From IMG/VR virus record IMGVR_UViG_3300045988_086533, positions 5,140 through 69,139 of that record: a stretch of 64,000 nucleotides of DNA; one strand, given 5' to 3'. Below the pieces are notes generated by a model. It had not been told where the DNA came from. It made no database searches and worked only from the letters and a program-made list of their open reading frames with translations. Within the stretch, counting starts at the first letter, position 1. The number at the start of each line of letters is the position of its first letter. The DNA is from a virus. This document shows, piece after piece, positions 35,829 to 46,700 of this stretch. The position numbers and the translations under genes are program-made.

Positions 35829-38800
35829 ATGATTGGTGATGGACAAGAGCATGTTGATAGACCCGTGTATGATGATGACGGTGAGATGATTGTGTGGCCA
35901 ACACTAGATGATGACATGGAAGAATTTGCAGAGGAACCGGAAGTAGCTACTATAGCTGCTTCCGGTGATACTACAGAAGATGATACGTATTATGAAGTAC
36001 CTGACACTGTAGAAGATGACCAAGATAGAATTGATGTGCAAGTTGAAGGTATAGAAGACGAAGAATGTGAGGATCCCAAAATAGGTGATATTCAACAAGC
36101 CGGAGAAGATTATAATGAGGCTATGGATAGAATTGTCGGTGTATTAATGCAAGCATTAAGTACAGAAGAAATGACAGAGGAGATGAGTGCAGAACTACAA
36201 GACTCAACTAACAACATGGAAACTGCTAAACAAACTATAACTGATTTATGTGGTGACCCTGAAACAAAAGTATTACAAACTGACCCTGATACTAAAATTC
36301 CACAAAATCTACAAGAACTGTTAGAGACACTTACAAAAGATGGAAAGGCGCCATGGCTATATATAGATGATGAAGGTAATTTATTATTAGATGGAGAAAG
36401 CGTACCCAAACTAAAAGTAGTAGAGTTAGAAGCACAAAAGATAAAAGCAGATTATGGTGAGTTTAAAGACCTTACCACTAAAAACTTTACGGCAGTTAAT
36501 GCTAAAATTGATAATTTAGACGTAGGTAATTTAGATGCTATTAATGCAACTATAACAAATTTAAAAGCTACAGTAGCACAGATACAAACGCTAATAGGTG
36601 GAAACTTAACTATGGATAATATCCACTCTTTAGTATTAACAAGTGATAAAGTGACTATAGCTAATGCATTAATAAAAGATGCTATGATTGATACTGTTAG
36701 TGCCAATAAAATTAATACAGGTATTCTTAATACAAATAATGTGCAAATACAATCAAAAGATGGAAGTATGTTATTGCAAGGCAATCTTCAACAATTTAAA
36801 GATGCCAAAGGCAATGTACGTATTCAAATAGGAAAAGATGCTAAAGGTAATTTTACATTTGTATTATATGATGAAACTGGTAAAGGTCAACTTATTAACC
36901 AGAACGGTATTCAATCAAGTGATGCTATAAAAGATGGATTAATAGTTGATAGTAAAGTAGCTGATAATGCTAATATAAGTGGAGGTAAATTAGATATTAG
37001 TAGTGTTATTAGTAGTATAAATAATAATACAAATACTATAAAAGCTAGTCATATTAAATTTGATGATACAGAACAAACACTGGACGTATCATTTAACCAA
37101 CTTAAAAAGACAGTTGAAACTATAAAGGATGTTACTATTGGTGGAGATTTAAGTAGTGTTATTGAACAAGTAAGTACAAATACAACTAACATAAGTATAG
37201 CACAAGGACAAATATCTACTCTTATTAGTAATACAACTATTACAAAACAAGATGGAACTGTAGTGCAGTTAAAAGATGCTTATAACAGTACAAAAGACAC
37301 TGTAGATAAACATACAACTACAATAGGAAAATTAGAAACTAAGTATGAATCAGCATTAAAAACAACTACAACAGAATACTACGTGTCTACTAGTAGTACT
37401 ACTCAAACGGGAGGAAGTTGGGTTGAAACTACTCCTAAATGGGAAAAAGGAAAATATATATGGCAAAGAATGAAATATACTTATGGCAATGGAAATATAA
37501 CTTATTCTACTCCCGTATGTATTCAAGGCGCTAAAGGTGATAAAGGTGACCAAGGGGAAAAAGGTGATCAAGGTTTACAAGGTATACAGGGCGAACAAGG
37601 TGAACAAGGTATACCAGGAACACCTGGTAAAGACGGTACATCTGGTAAAGATGGTAAAACAACATATTTCCATATAAAATACAGTGACAATGCAGATGGT
37701 AATCCAATGACTGAAACACCAAGTACTTATATAGGTACATATGTTGATTATAATGTGAATGATAGTGCGGATTATAAGGCTTATAAATGGAGTAGATTTC
37801 AAGGTGTACAAGGTGAACAAGGTATACCAGGAACTGATGGTACCAACGGAAAAACTTATTACCTACACATTAAATACAGTAATGATGGGGGTAAAACTTT
37901 TACTGCAAATAAAGGCGAAACTCCTGGAGCATATATAGGCGTTTACACTGATACAAACGATAAAGATAGTGAGTCCGTTGCTGCATACACATGGAGTAAA
38001 ATAAAAGGTGAACAAGGTGCAAAAGGTGATAAGGGTGATCCAGGTCTACAAGGTATACCAGGAACTGATGGTAAAGATGGTAAGACTTACTTTACATGGA
38101 TTAGATATGCTGACACTATAGAGGGTAGCGGCATTAGTAATGACCCAACAGGTAAAACTTATATAGGTTTTGCTTATAATAAAACAACTGCTACTGAAAG
38201 TAATACTCCTTCCGATTACACATGGAGTCTAATTAAAGGTGATAAAGGTGATACAGGTGTAAAAGGTGAAAATGGTAAGGATGGTAAAACTTATTACACT
38301 TGGATTAAATATAGTGATAATGCAGACGGAACAGGATTATATGATGCGCCAAAAGATACAACAAAATATATAGGTATAGCAATAAATAAAACAACACCTA
38401 CTGAAAGTAGTAATAAAACTGACTACACATGGAGTAAGTTTAGAGGAGATAATGGGGAACAAGGTGATAAAGGACAATCTCTAGTCAGTTCAGTTCCACA
38501 GTGGTATCTATCCACTAGTAAAACCGCCCAAGCCGGTGGTAGTTGGGTTGAAGATATGCCACCTGTAACACAAGGTAAATACTTATGGTTAAGATATAAA
38601 TTAACATGGGAAAACCCTTCACAAACTACTTATACAACACCAACATTAGAACAAGTGGCAGAACAAGTAAAAGATGTAACTAGTAAACAGTCAAAATTAG
38701 AACAATCATTGGATGGGTTTAAAATGACAGTGAGCGATACTTATGCAACAAAAGTAGGGTTGGATGAAGTAAAACAATCAATTCAAAATTTAGATGGTTA

Positions 38801-38846
38801 CACTATAATACTTAGTAAAGAGTGTTTAGTAACTACATGTGATTAA
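35829..38846 (+). CDS. tail fibre protein with collagen-like G-X-Y runs and five repeated modules
   Basis: Runs such as GAKGDKGDQGEKGDQGLQGIQGEQGEQGIPGTPGKDG alternate with ..Y(F/Y)(H/T)(I/W)(K/R)YS(D/N)..Y.WS(K/R).. modules. Confidence 0.7.
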   Translation: MIGDGQEHVDRPVYDDDGEMIVWPTLDDDMEEFAEEPEVATIAASGDTTEDDTYYEVPDTVEDDQDRIDVQVEGIEDEECEDPKIGDIQQAGEDYNEAMDRIVGVLMQALSTEEMTEEMSAELQDSTNNMETAKQTITDLCGDPETKVLQTDPDTKIPQNLQELLETLTKDGKAPWLYIDDEGNLLLDGESVPKLKVVELEAQKIKADYGEFKDLTTKNFTAVNAKIDNLDVGNLDAINATITNLKATVAQIQTLIGGNLTMDNIHSLVLTSDKVTIANALIKDAMIDTVSANKINTGILNTNNVQIQSKDGSMLLQGNLQQFKDAKGNVRIQIGKDAKGNFTFVLYDETGKGQLINQNGIQSSDAIKDGLIVDSKVADNANISGGKLDISSVISSINNNTNTIKASHIKFDDTEQTLDVSFNQLKKTVETIKDVTIGGDLSSVIEQVSTNTTNISIAQGQISTLISNTTITKQDGTVVQLKDAYNSTKDTVDKHTTTIGKLETKYESALKTTTTEYYVSTSSTTQTGGSWVETTPKWEKGKYIWQRMKYTYGNGNITYSTPVCIQGAKGDKGDQGEKGDQGLQGIQGEQGEQGIPGTPGKDGTSGKDGKTTYFHIKYSDNADGNPMTETPSTYIGTYVDYNVNDSADYKAYKWSRFQGVQGEQGIPGTDGTNGKTYYLHIKYSNDGGKTFTANKGETPGAYIGVYTDTNDKDSESVAAYTWSKIKGEQGAKGDKGDPGLQGIPGTDGKDGKTYFTWIRYADTIEGSGISNDPTGKTYIGFAYNKTTATESNTPSDYTWSLIKGDKGDTGVKGENGKDGKTYYTWIKYSDNADGTGLYDAPKDTTKYIGIAINKTTPTESSNKTDYTWSKFRGDNGEQGDKGQSLVSSVPQWYLSTSKTAQAGGSWVEDMPPVTQGKYLWLRYKLTWENPSQTTYTTPTLEQVAEQVKDVTSKQSKLEQSLDGFKMTVSDTYATKVGLDEVKQSIQNLDGYTIILSKECLVTTCD
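37527..38481 (+). repeat. collagen-like G-X-Y runs alternating with five ~60-aa modules (coding repeat)
   Basis: GGT-rich triplet periodicity read directly in frame. Confidence 0.7.
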
Positions 38847-38858
38847 GGAGGTAATAAA

Positions 38859-40994
38859 ATGGCAAGTATAACAGTTTCAAGTAATCCCAGTACAACTGGG
38901 GATACATTAACAGTCAATTTTACAACGGATGCCACTAATATTACCGACATTTTACTGAGTAAGGACGGAGGTAGTACTTATATAAGTGCTACTTCCTTTA
39001 CTAAGTCTAATGCCGTTTTTAATATTAGTGACTGGAGTAATGGTACATATGATAAATGTAAATTAAAATGTGTGTACACTGAAAGTGGTGAAGGAACTAC
39101 TCCTACTACTTATACAATAACTAATAATTTAACTAATTGTACTACTAGTAATACTCTTAACTCTATAAAAGCTAATAGGATGTATGTTGCTACTATAACT
39201 CCTGATAGTGGATATAATTTATCAACTATAAAAGTTACTATGGGTGGTACAGATATAACAAGTAGTGTAGTAAGTGGTGATACTATAACTATTAGTAAAG
39301 TTACTGGAAATATAGTAATAACTGCTAAAGCTATTGAACAAAGTACTCCACCTGAAACATTAACTATAAGTAACATAGCAGATATAACACAAACTGAAAA
39401 AACAGAATTTTATATTCAATATACTACAAATATAGCAGTAGTAAAACATGAAGTGTCTTGGGATGGAGGAAAAACGTTCTATGATAAAACTAGTGACGTT
39501 ACCGCAAGTGGTACAACTTACAAGTTTAAACACGATAACAAAGCTAGTGCAGGAAATTATAGTATGGCTATAAGAGTTACAACTGCTAAGGGTACAACTA
39601 AGACAAGTAATGTATTCAAAGTTACATTAACAAGTAGTGCAACTCCTGACCCAATCACTTTCACACAATATAAAAGAATTGATAATGGGGTAATCGTTGA
39701 TACAACTGATGACACATACTACACTACAGTTAATAAGATAGCAGTAACTAGTGGTAAAACATATGTACTTGATATAAGTCCTGTAAATTATGTGTGTATA
39801 TGTTTCTATAATAGTAGCGATACTTATTTAGGTAATAACGGTGGTTTTGTAGAAGCTAATACGCCTGAATGGTCAGTTGGTTCATTATCAACTTCATTTA
39901 CAGTCCCTTCGGGAGCGTCTTATGTTAGACTATGTGGTACAGGTAATAAAGGACAACTTACTGCAACAATAAAAGAAAGTGGCACTCCTACTCCTAACCC
40001 AAATCCTTCTGATTTACTAGATTCTACTGGAGCTTATGTAATAGATGATTTCTCAAGTAATACAGTAGATTCTAATAAATGGTCATATGAATTAGGGTAT
40101 GTAAGAAATGGAGAAACTCAAAAATATACAAATACAAATGCAGTAGTTAATGATGGAATATTAGCTTTAAGAGGTTTAAAAGCTAGTGATGGTTCTTGGA
40201 CTTCTGCATCTATAATCTCTAAAGGACATTTTGCTTTCATGTATGGTAAGATAGTTGCTAGAGTTAGAGCTTGTAATTATAATGGTGCATTTGGTGCATT
40301 TTGGACTCTAGGAGATAGTTTTGAATTTGGATATAAAGAAAATGGTAATCCTGATACTTTAGGTGAATGGTGGGCATATTGTGGTGAGTTTGACGTAATG
40401 GAATTCTATAATGGAAAATTAACTTGTGGTACATTCTTTAATGAAAAAGAAGAAAGTGGACGTGTATGGTATAATGATTATCCAACTGGTGACTGGCACG
40501 AATTCGCAATGGAATGGAAAACAGATGGTAGTTTAATTTTCTCTATAGATGGTCATGAGTTAAGTAGAACAAATGCTACTGATAATAGGGCATTCCATAT
40601 ACCTCACTTCATACTTTTAAATCAAGCAATTGGTGCTAGTGGTGGTACTCCTGATAGTAGTACTACTGAAATTACACAATATGTAGACTGGGTAAAATAT
40701 TATCCATTAAGTACTGATAATGTGGTATTAAATTCTAGTGATTTTACGCTAACAGCTATGGATTGGAATGATAGTTCACATAACTGTATGGTAAGACCTA
40801 CTTTTAATGACAATTGTATTAATAAATCATTAACATGGTCATCTAGTGATAGTGGATTAGTTTGGGTTCATAGTGGATTGTGTAATACTTATGCAGGAGC
40901 TAATGGTGAAGTAACAATAACTGCCACTTCACACAGTGGAGTATCTAAATCAATAACATTAACAGTAAGTAATGGGACAATACGCGGTAAATAG
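38859..40994 (+). CDS. structural protein with GH16 (laminarinase/lichenase-like) domain and C-terminal Ig-like domain
   Basis: Catalytic-type E-x-D-x-x-E (GEFDVMEF). FAMEW strand. C-terminal LTWSSSDSG..VTITATS. Confidence 0.6.
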   Translation: MASITVSSNPSTTGDTLTVNFTTDATNITDILLSKDGGSTYISATSFTKSNAVFNISDWSNGTYDKCKLKCVYTESGEGTTPTTYTITNNLTNCTTSNTLNSIKANRMYVATITPDSGYNLSTIKVTMGGTDITSSVVSGDTITISKVTGNIVITAKAIEQSTPPETLTISNIADITQTEKTEFYIQYTTNIAVVKHEVSWDGGKTFYDKTSDVTASGTTYKFKHDNKASAGNYSMAIRVTTAKGTTKTSNVFKVTLTSSATPDPITFTQYKRIDNGVIVDTTDDTYYTTVNKIAVTSGKTYVLDISPVNYVCICFYNSSDTYLGNNGGFVEANTPEWSVGSLSTSFTVPSGASYVRLCGTGNKGQLTATIKESGTPTPNPNPSDLLDSTGAYVIDDFSSNTVDSNKWSYELGYVRNGETQKYTNTNAVVNDGILALRGLKASDGSWTSASIISKGHFAFMYGKIVARVRACNYNGAFGAFWTLGDSFEFGYKENGNPDTLGEWWAYCGEFDVMEFYNGKLTCGTFFNEKEESGRVWYNDYPTGDWHEFAMEWKTDGSLIFSIDGHELSRTNATDNRAFHIPHFILLNQAIGASGGTPDSSTTEITQYVDWVKYYPLSTDNVVLNSSDFTLTAMDWNDSSHNCMVRPTFNDNCINKSLTWSSSDSGLVWVHSGLCNTYAGANGEVTITATSHSGVSKSITLTVSNGTIRGK

Positions 40995-41008
40995 GAGAGT
41001 GATGAATA

Positions 41009-42922
41009 ATGAGTGAAATATATAGTAATACGTTCACCACAACGGTCAATAAAGTAGTGGTAGAACAAACTAGTAAGAATACTCAAATTAATATATATAA
41101 TGGATCTACTCCTTTAGTGGCGGTTAACACAACGCCTACTAAAGGACAGTATAAAGTAACTATAACAGAGACTACTAACTGTACTGCAAAACTAGAGAGT
41201 GATTATAAAACTATTACTCTCCTTACTGTGACTGGGAATGCAGGTGAAATACACGCTACTATTAATATAGAAGGAAAAACCACAGTAAATAAAACTATAC
41301 CAGTAGCAGCAATAACTAAAAGTTCTGTCATTAAGGCCACTCAAACACAATATGAACAATTGGCCGATAGATTTTCTTGGTGGGTTAAAGGTACTAGTAC
41401 AAGTTCAATGCAACTAACACAAGATGCATTAAACATAATAACAAAACAAGTAAAAGTAGATGGAGATATGCTAGTTAATGGCGCTATTGATGGTAAAACT
41501 ATTACAGGTGCAACTATTATAGGTAGTACTTTTAGAAATCAAAACGATACATTTAGTGTTGATAGTGAAGGTAATATAACAGGTGCTCAAATACAAGGTA
41601 GTGAGGTTATAGGAGACAGTTTCTCAGTTGAAGGTGAATTAACTGCTGATACTATAACTGCAAATAAAATAAATAGTGCACAATATCCAAGCACATTGGG
41701 TGACGACATACAAATCGAAATAAACCCTTCAACTGGTAGTGATGATGTTGAATTAGCGGATGGAGCAGTATATCAAACAATTGCAGGAGTATTAGATGCC
41801 TTACCTAAATTTCTAAATGGTAAATGTATAAGTATATGGATGCGTGATGATATATCCGAAAATGCAGACTTCCAAAATTATACTAGTGGACAAATAAAAT
41901 TTTATCTCGATGGACATACATTATATGGATATATTAGAAACTACATGAGTAGTGCGAAATTATGGGTATATGGCGGTTGGCCAGGTACAGAAGAAGGTCA
42001 AACCGGTGTTGTCCACCCCGACACAGGATGTGCAGTAGCTGGTAGAACTGGTAGTATTATATCGCAAGAAAGTAGTTCACTTAATACATATAGTGTTAAA
42101 GTCTATGGTAGCGACAATAAACATAGTGATGGACAAAGTAATATTGTAGGTTATATCGGGGACTCCTTTGCCACAATGTATATTAAAAATACTACATTAG
42201 TTAACTGTGAAGTAGGGTACAGGGGTAGTGCATGTGCAAGAATACACGATGTAAGTTCAGCCGGTGTATGTAGTCAATATGGATTCCAGACTACTAGTGG
42301 TGCTTTTATAACTATAGCAAATGCAGCTCACTGTGGTGGCTTAACTGCAAATACCGCCCAAACATTACCTGGACAAATTATACAACACGCAAAAGCAACA
42401 TTTGCTGGAGGTAGTCAAACTACAGACCCAGGTAAAGCTCCTACTACATCAACTAAAAAGACTATAACAATAAAATCTAATAGTGGTGATACATACAGAA
42501 GTAGTGTATATAACAACTGGAAGAAAGATAATACTGCAAGACAAGGTGACTATGGTTACGGTGATTGTAATGGTTGCTGGTTTTTTGGTACTCAGTTTAA
42601 TCAATTTAAAGGTAAATCTATTAGTAAAATAGAACTTACTATTAAAAGAATTTCCGGTGGTGTTCATGCAGCAGTTCCTATAGTAGTTAAAACTCATAAC
42701 TATGCAAGTAGACCAAGTGGAAAACCTTCTTATGGTTCTAATTGTGGTAGTGTTAATATTGCAGTCGGTGATAGTGGTAAATTAACTATAACTAATAGTA
42801 CTATATTAAATGCAATTTCTAATGGAACTGTAAAAGGATTTGGTATTCAATCTACTTACAACTCTGCAAACTATGCAGTATGTAGTGGTAGTGTGACAAT
42901 GAAGGTTACTTATACAGAATAA
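41009..42922 (+). CDS. tail fibre / receptor-binding structural protein (putative)
   Basis: Position and size, with a terminator downstream. No catalytic motif seen. Confidence 0.4.
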   Translation: MSEIYSNTFTTTVNKVVVEQTSKNTQINIYNGSTPLVAVNTTPTKGQYKVTITETTNCTAKLESDYKTITLLTVTGNAGEIHATINIEGKTTVNKTIPVAAITKSSVIKATQTQYEQLADRFSWWVKGTSTSSMQLTQDALNIITKQVKVDGDMLVNGAIDGKTITGATIIGSTFRNQNDTFSVDSEGNITGAQIQGSEVIGDSFSVEGELTADTITANKINSAQYPSTLGDDIQIEINPSTGSDDVELADGAVYQTIAGVLDALPKFLNGKCISIWMRDDISENADFQNYTSGQIKFYLDGHTLYGYIRNYMSSAKLWVYGGWPGTEEGQTGVVHPDTGCAVAGRTGSIISQESSSLNTYSVKVYGSDNKHSDGQSNIVGYIGDSFATMYIKNTTLVNCEVGYRGSACARIHDVSSAGVCSQYGFQTTSGAFITIANAAHCGGLTANTAQTLPGQIIQHAKATFAGGSQTTDPGKAPTTSTKKTITIKSNSGDTYRSSVYNNWKKDNTARQGDYGYGDCNGCWFFGTQFNQFKGKSISKIELTIKRISGGVHAAVPIVVKTHNYASRPSGKPSYGSNCGSVNIAVGDSGKLTITNSTILNAISNGTVKGFGIQSTYNSANYAVCSGSVTMKVTYTE

Positions 42923-42928
42923 AATTTA

Positions 42929-42956
42929 AAGGACTAGTTTAATCTAGTCCTTTTTT
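42929..42956 (+). terminator. intrinsic terminator after the fibre genes
   Basis: AAGGACTAG / CTAGTCCTT stem followed by TTTTTT. Confidence 0.65.
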
Positions 42957-42999
42957 AACTAATATACAATATGAAACATGATATATAGGAGGTAATACA

Positions 43000-43167
43000 A
43001 TGGATGCATTAAACTTATTAAACACAATATGCACAACATACAAAAGAGAATTAGCAGACGCTAATGAAAAGAAGGTGATGTTGGAAGCACAATGTGAAAT
43101 TTATAAACAACAGGTGGAACAACTTAAAAAGGAATTAGATGAATTAAAGGAGCCACCTAAAAAGTAG
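43000..43167 (+). CDS. hypothetical coiled-coil protein (55 aa)
   Basis: Not in the track. AGGAGG SD. Confidence 0.4.
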   Translation: MDALNLLNTICTTYKRELADANEKKVMLEAQCEIYKQQVEQLKKELDELKEPPKK

Positions 43168-43175
43168 GTGAATGT

Positions 43176-43475
43176 ATGAGTGATGAGAAGGTGCAAGAAT
43201 TATTACTAAAGTTAATTGAAGATGTGGCAACAATTAACGCAAAATTAGACAATATTAATGAACAGAGGCTAGCAAGCAGAATGGACATAATTGAGGCACA
43301 AACTAGAGAACAGGAACGAGTAATAAAAAGTTTAGAAAAGCGAAGTAACTCTTTAGAAGATTTTGTACGTGATAGTTTGGTAGAAAAAGAGAAAACCAAC
43401 AGAGCCTTGTGGACTTCTGTAGCACTCGCTATATTCAGTGTTGTGTTAACAATAATTACTAATATTATATTTTAG
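43176..43475 (+). CDS. xhlA: XhlA-like lysis-associated membrane protein
   Basis: Coiled-coil N-terminus plus a single C-terminal TM helix, located directly upstream of the holin as in PBSX. Confidence 0.55.
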   Translation: MSDEKVQELLLKLIEDVATINAKLDNINEQRLASRMDIIEAQTREQERVIKSLEKRSNSLEDFVRDSLVEKEKTNRALWTSVALAIFSVVLTIITNIIF

Positions 43476-43486
43476 GAGGTGTTAAT

Positions 43487-43729
43487 ATGAAACAATTTTT
43501 ATTTGATCATCCAAAACTTAAAAATCCATATTTTTATTTATCTGTAGTGGCACTTATATTCAGTGCGAGTGGAGTGGATTTTAATCAACTTACAAGTTGG
43601 CAATTATTAGGTCAAGCGTTATTAAATATCGTAGACAATCCAGTATCTGTAATAGCCGTTATTACTGCATTCCTAGGAATATGGAATGATAACTCAACAA
43701 AAGGCTTAGACGGAATAAATTACAAATAA
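43487..43729 (+). CDS. holin (SPP1 / phi-LC3-type)
   Basis: 80 aa with two TM segments and ..WNDNSTKGLDG tail. Confidence 0.6.
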   Translation: MKQFLFDHPKLKNPYFYLSVVALIFSASGVDFNQLTSWQLLGQALLNIVDNPVSVIAVITAFLGIWNDNSTKGLDGINYK

Positions 43730-43779
43730 TTATTAAATAACTACTCTATTATATTAGAGTGAAGGAGAGGTGTAATAAA

Positions 43780-46700
43780 ATGAGTAATATTAATAGGGAT
43801 TATTTAATAGTATTAAACCCCAAAACATCAAAGGTTACAGTACCAGAATTAAATTATTATATTTATGACAAATACACTGCCAATCTATTTGTAAACTTAG
43901 TAACTGTGGAAAATGGTAAAATTGTAAATATGGCAGATGCTGATCAATATAAACTTGTTCTGCACGTGCTAAAACCTACTAATGAAATACAAACTGTAGA
44001 GGACATACAAGTATTCAATAAAGAGAAGGCGCTTTTTCAAATAGAACTAGACCAAGAACTTACTAAAAATATAGGGCGCTATAAATGTGAATTATTAACT
44101 ATTGATAAAACTGACCATGTTGTACAGTCAGCTAAATTTAGTTATAGAGTTAAAAAATCTATTTATAATGATTTAGACGTGGTTACTGAAACACCAGAAT
44201 ATCCAATAATTATAACATTATTGGACAAATTACAAGACATAGATAAATACGAGGAAGAACGTAGAGCAAACGAGGTAGCCAGGGTGGCTGCTGAAAAAGC
44301 ACGTGTTAAAGATTACACAGACTTAAGACAAACAGTAACAACTGACATAGATACTATGCAAGAAAAAATAGATAGTTTTGATGGGAAAGTACAAGAAGTA
44401 GATAATGCAGTACAACAAATGAGAACTAATATTACTAACTATCAAACTGAGAAAAATAAAGAATTAGATAGTTATAAGACACAAAAAGATACACAAATTA
44501 ATACTTCCATAAAAAATATGGAGAATACTATAGACACTTATAAAACTGAAAAAGACAAACAAATAAATGACAAAATAACACAACAAGATACTAAAATTGA
44601 TAAGGCTATAGACTTACAAAATAAAAATATACAAGCTAGTACTAAGGCATTAAATGATAAACTTGATGCAGCAGTACAAGACCAAAATAATACTATAGCA
44701 GCTAATAACCAAGCACAAAACAAAGTTATTAGTGATGCAGTAGCAGCTCAAAATAAAACTATTAATACTGTAGTGGAAAGTGATAAAGTACAAAATGATA
44801 GACTTGATACTTTAGAAACTAGTGACACCAATAACAAAGCCGAGATTAAAAAATTACAAGATAAAGACGTTGAACACGAGGAGAGAATGACTGCAATAGA
44901 AGCAGTTAATGTTGAGCAAAATAATAGACTGGATGCCATAGAGATTAAAAATGACCAACAAGATAGTAGACTTAATGATGTTGAAGCTAAAAATAAAAAA
45001 CAAGACATGGACTTAAAATGTTTATTTGCTGAGTCCCATAGTGAACGTATTACACTTGAGGATGAAGTAGGTAATAGTGTTTTCTTACAAAACAGTAAAC
45101 AAGGGTTTGCTACAGTAGATGAATTAAAAGGTAACACTTTAGTTAACTGTAATAAAGATACTGACAAAGAATTAATACTTAATGGAAATATAGATACTAG
45201 TGGATATGGTACTGTTACTACTACAGAAGGTGTAGACGGGGGTAAAGTAGACGTAGCACTAGAAGGAAACACTATGGTTAATGTATGTGACCAGGAAGAC
45301 CCAATAGCTATTACTAAAAATTATGAAGTAACTACTGGAAATCATGTGGCATTACAAGGTGAATATGATGGTAAGTGTAGACCTGTATTAAATGGTAATA
45401 CTTTAGTTAATTTAATGACAAAATATAAAGACGAGAGTTTACTAGAGTATTTTTATCCCGATGGAACTAACAATGTAGCCAATGTATCTATGTTAAAACC
45501 TAATACAGAATATACACTTATATATACTGCGAAATATCAAAAAACAGGTGATACTGGTTGTATGATAATTCACTTAACATCTAGTTCAAATGATGGTATA
45601 TCCACTAATCAAGAACTAACAACATCATATAGCCAATACATTTATAAATTTACTACGCCATCTAATGTAAGTAACTTTGTACTAAGAAGTAACGGTAGTT
45701 ATTTCTATGTTAAAGAGTGTAGACTATTAGAAGGTGATTATACTAATAAACCTATACCTAATTATTTTACAGGATTACAAAGTAGCTTTGAGGATAAGTT
45801 AATTACAGATGAAAAGGATGCGAATAATGGTAAATATAAAGTAGACTATAAAGTTACTGGTAAGAATAAATGTCCTATTGAAAATAAAACAATTACTATT
45901 ACTGCTAAGAATGCAGAAATAGGTAATTCTAAAAATTCAATATTATATAAAAACATAGATATTTCAAATTTAAAAGGACAATATTATTTTAGTGGTGAAT
46001 ATACGATAAATAATACTACAAAAACTCCAACTTTACTTCTTAGTAACACTCCATTGACTAAATTTATTCATAATGACTGTTATGAAGAAACAATAAATAA
46101 TGGAGGTATACAAATTGGTATTGGTGTTATTGATTTAACTAAATATAAATACGCTACCATAACAACTGGTAATGAAGCTCGAGATTTAACTGTAAATACT
46201 GATTACCAATGCACTCTTAAAAGTATTCAATTAGAAGAAGGTACTACTGCAACAACTTATGAACCATATAAAGAATACACTAAAACATTTTATTTAAACT
46301 CACCATTATTAGAAGGAGATACTATAGAAGATGTAAATGGTAAAGCAACTCATGTGCATAGATATGGAAGCATAACCAATAAAGATTTAATACCTACATT
46401 CATTGATTTGGAAAACAATAATTATAGAAGCGATACTTCTTGTGCCTGCTTGTTTAATTTTAAAGGTAATACTTATAATAAACCTAAAACTATTATGTAT
46501 TGTGATAAATTACCATATTACTCAAATTCATGGTCTGGCACTAATATAGATTCTGCTATATGTGGTGTTAATCCTGAGTATGATTTTAGTATTAGATTAC
46601 CTCTTTCAGCTACCGGCATAACTGCCCAAGATTCTGTGGATGAGTGTTTAGAAAAATTCAAAATTTGGAATACCAATAATTTAATCAATATAGTATATCA

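Noticed and set aside
35829-36190. The hyper-acidic N-terminus of the fibre protein as an Ocr/ArdA-like DNA-mimic anti-restriction domain.
   Set aside because: It is fused to a clearly structural protein within the tail block. Acidity alone is not evidence for DNA mimicry. It is mentioned only as an unexplained feature.
37527-38481. Periodic GGT-rich DNA repeats that might be taken for a tandem-repeat locus or a CRISPR-like array.
   Set aside because: The periodicity is 3/9 nt within one long open frame encoding G-X-Y collagen-like triplets. There is no repeat-spacer organisation.
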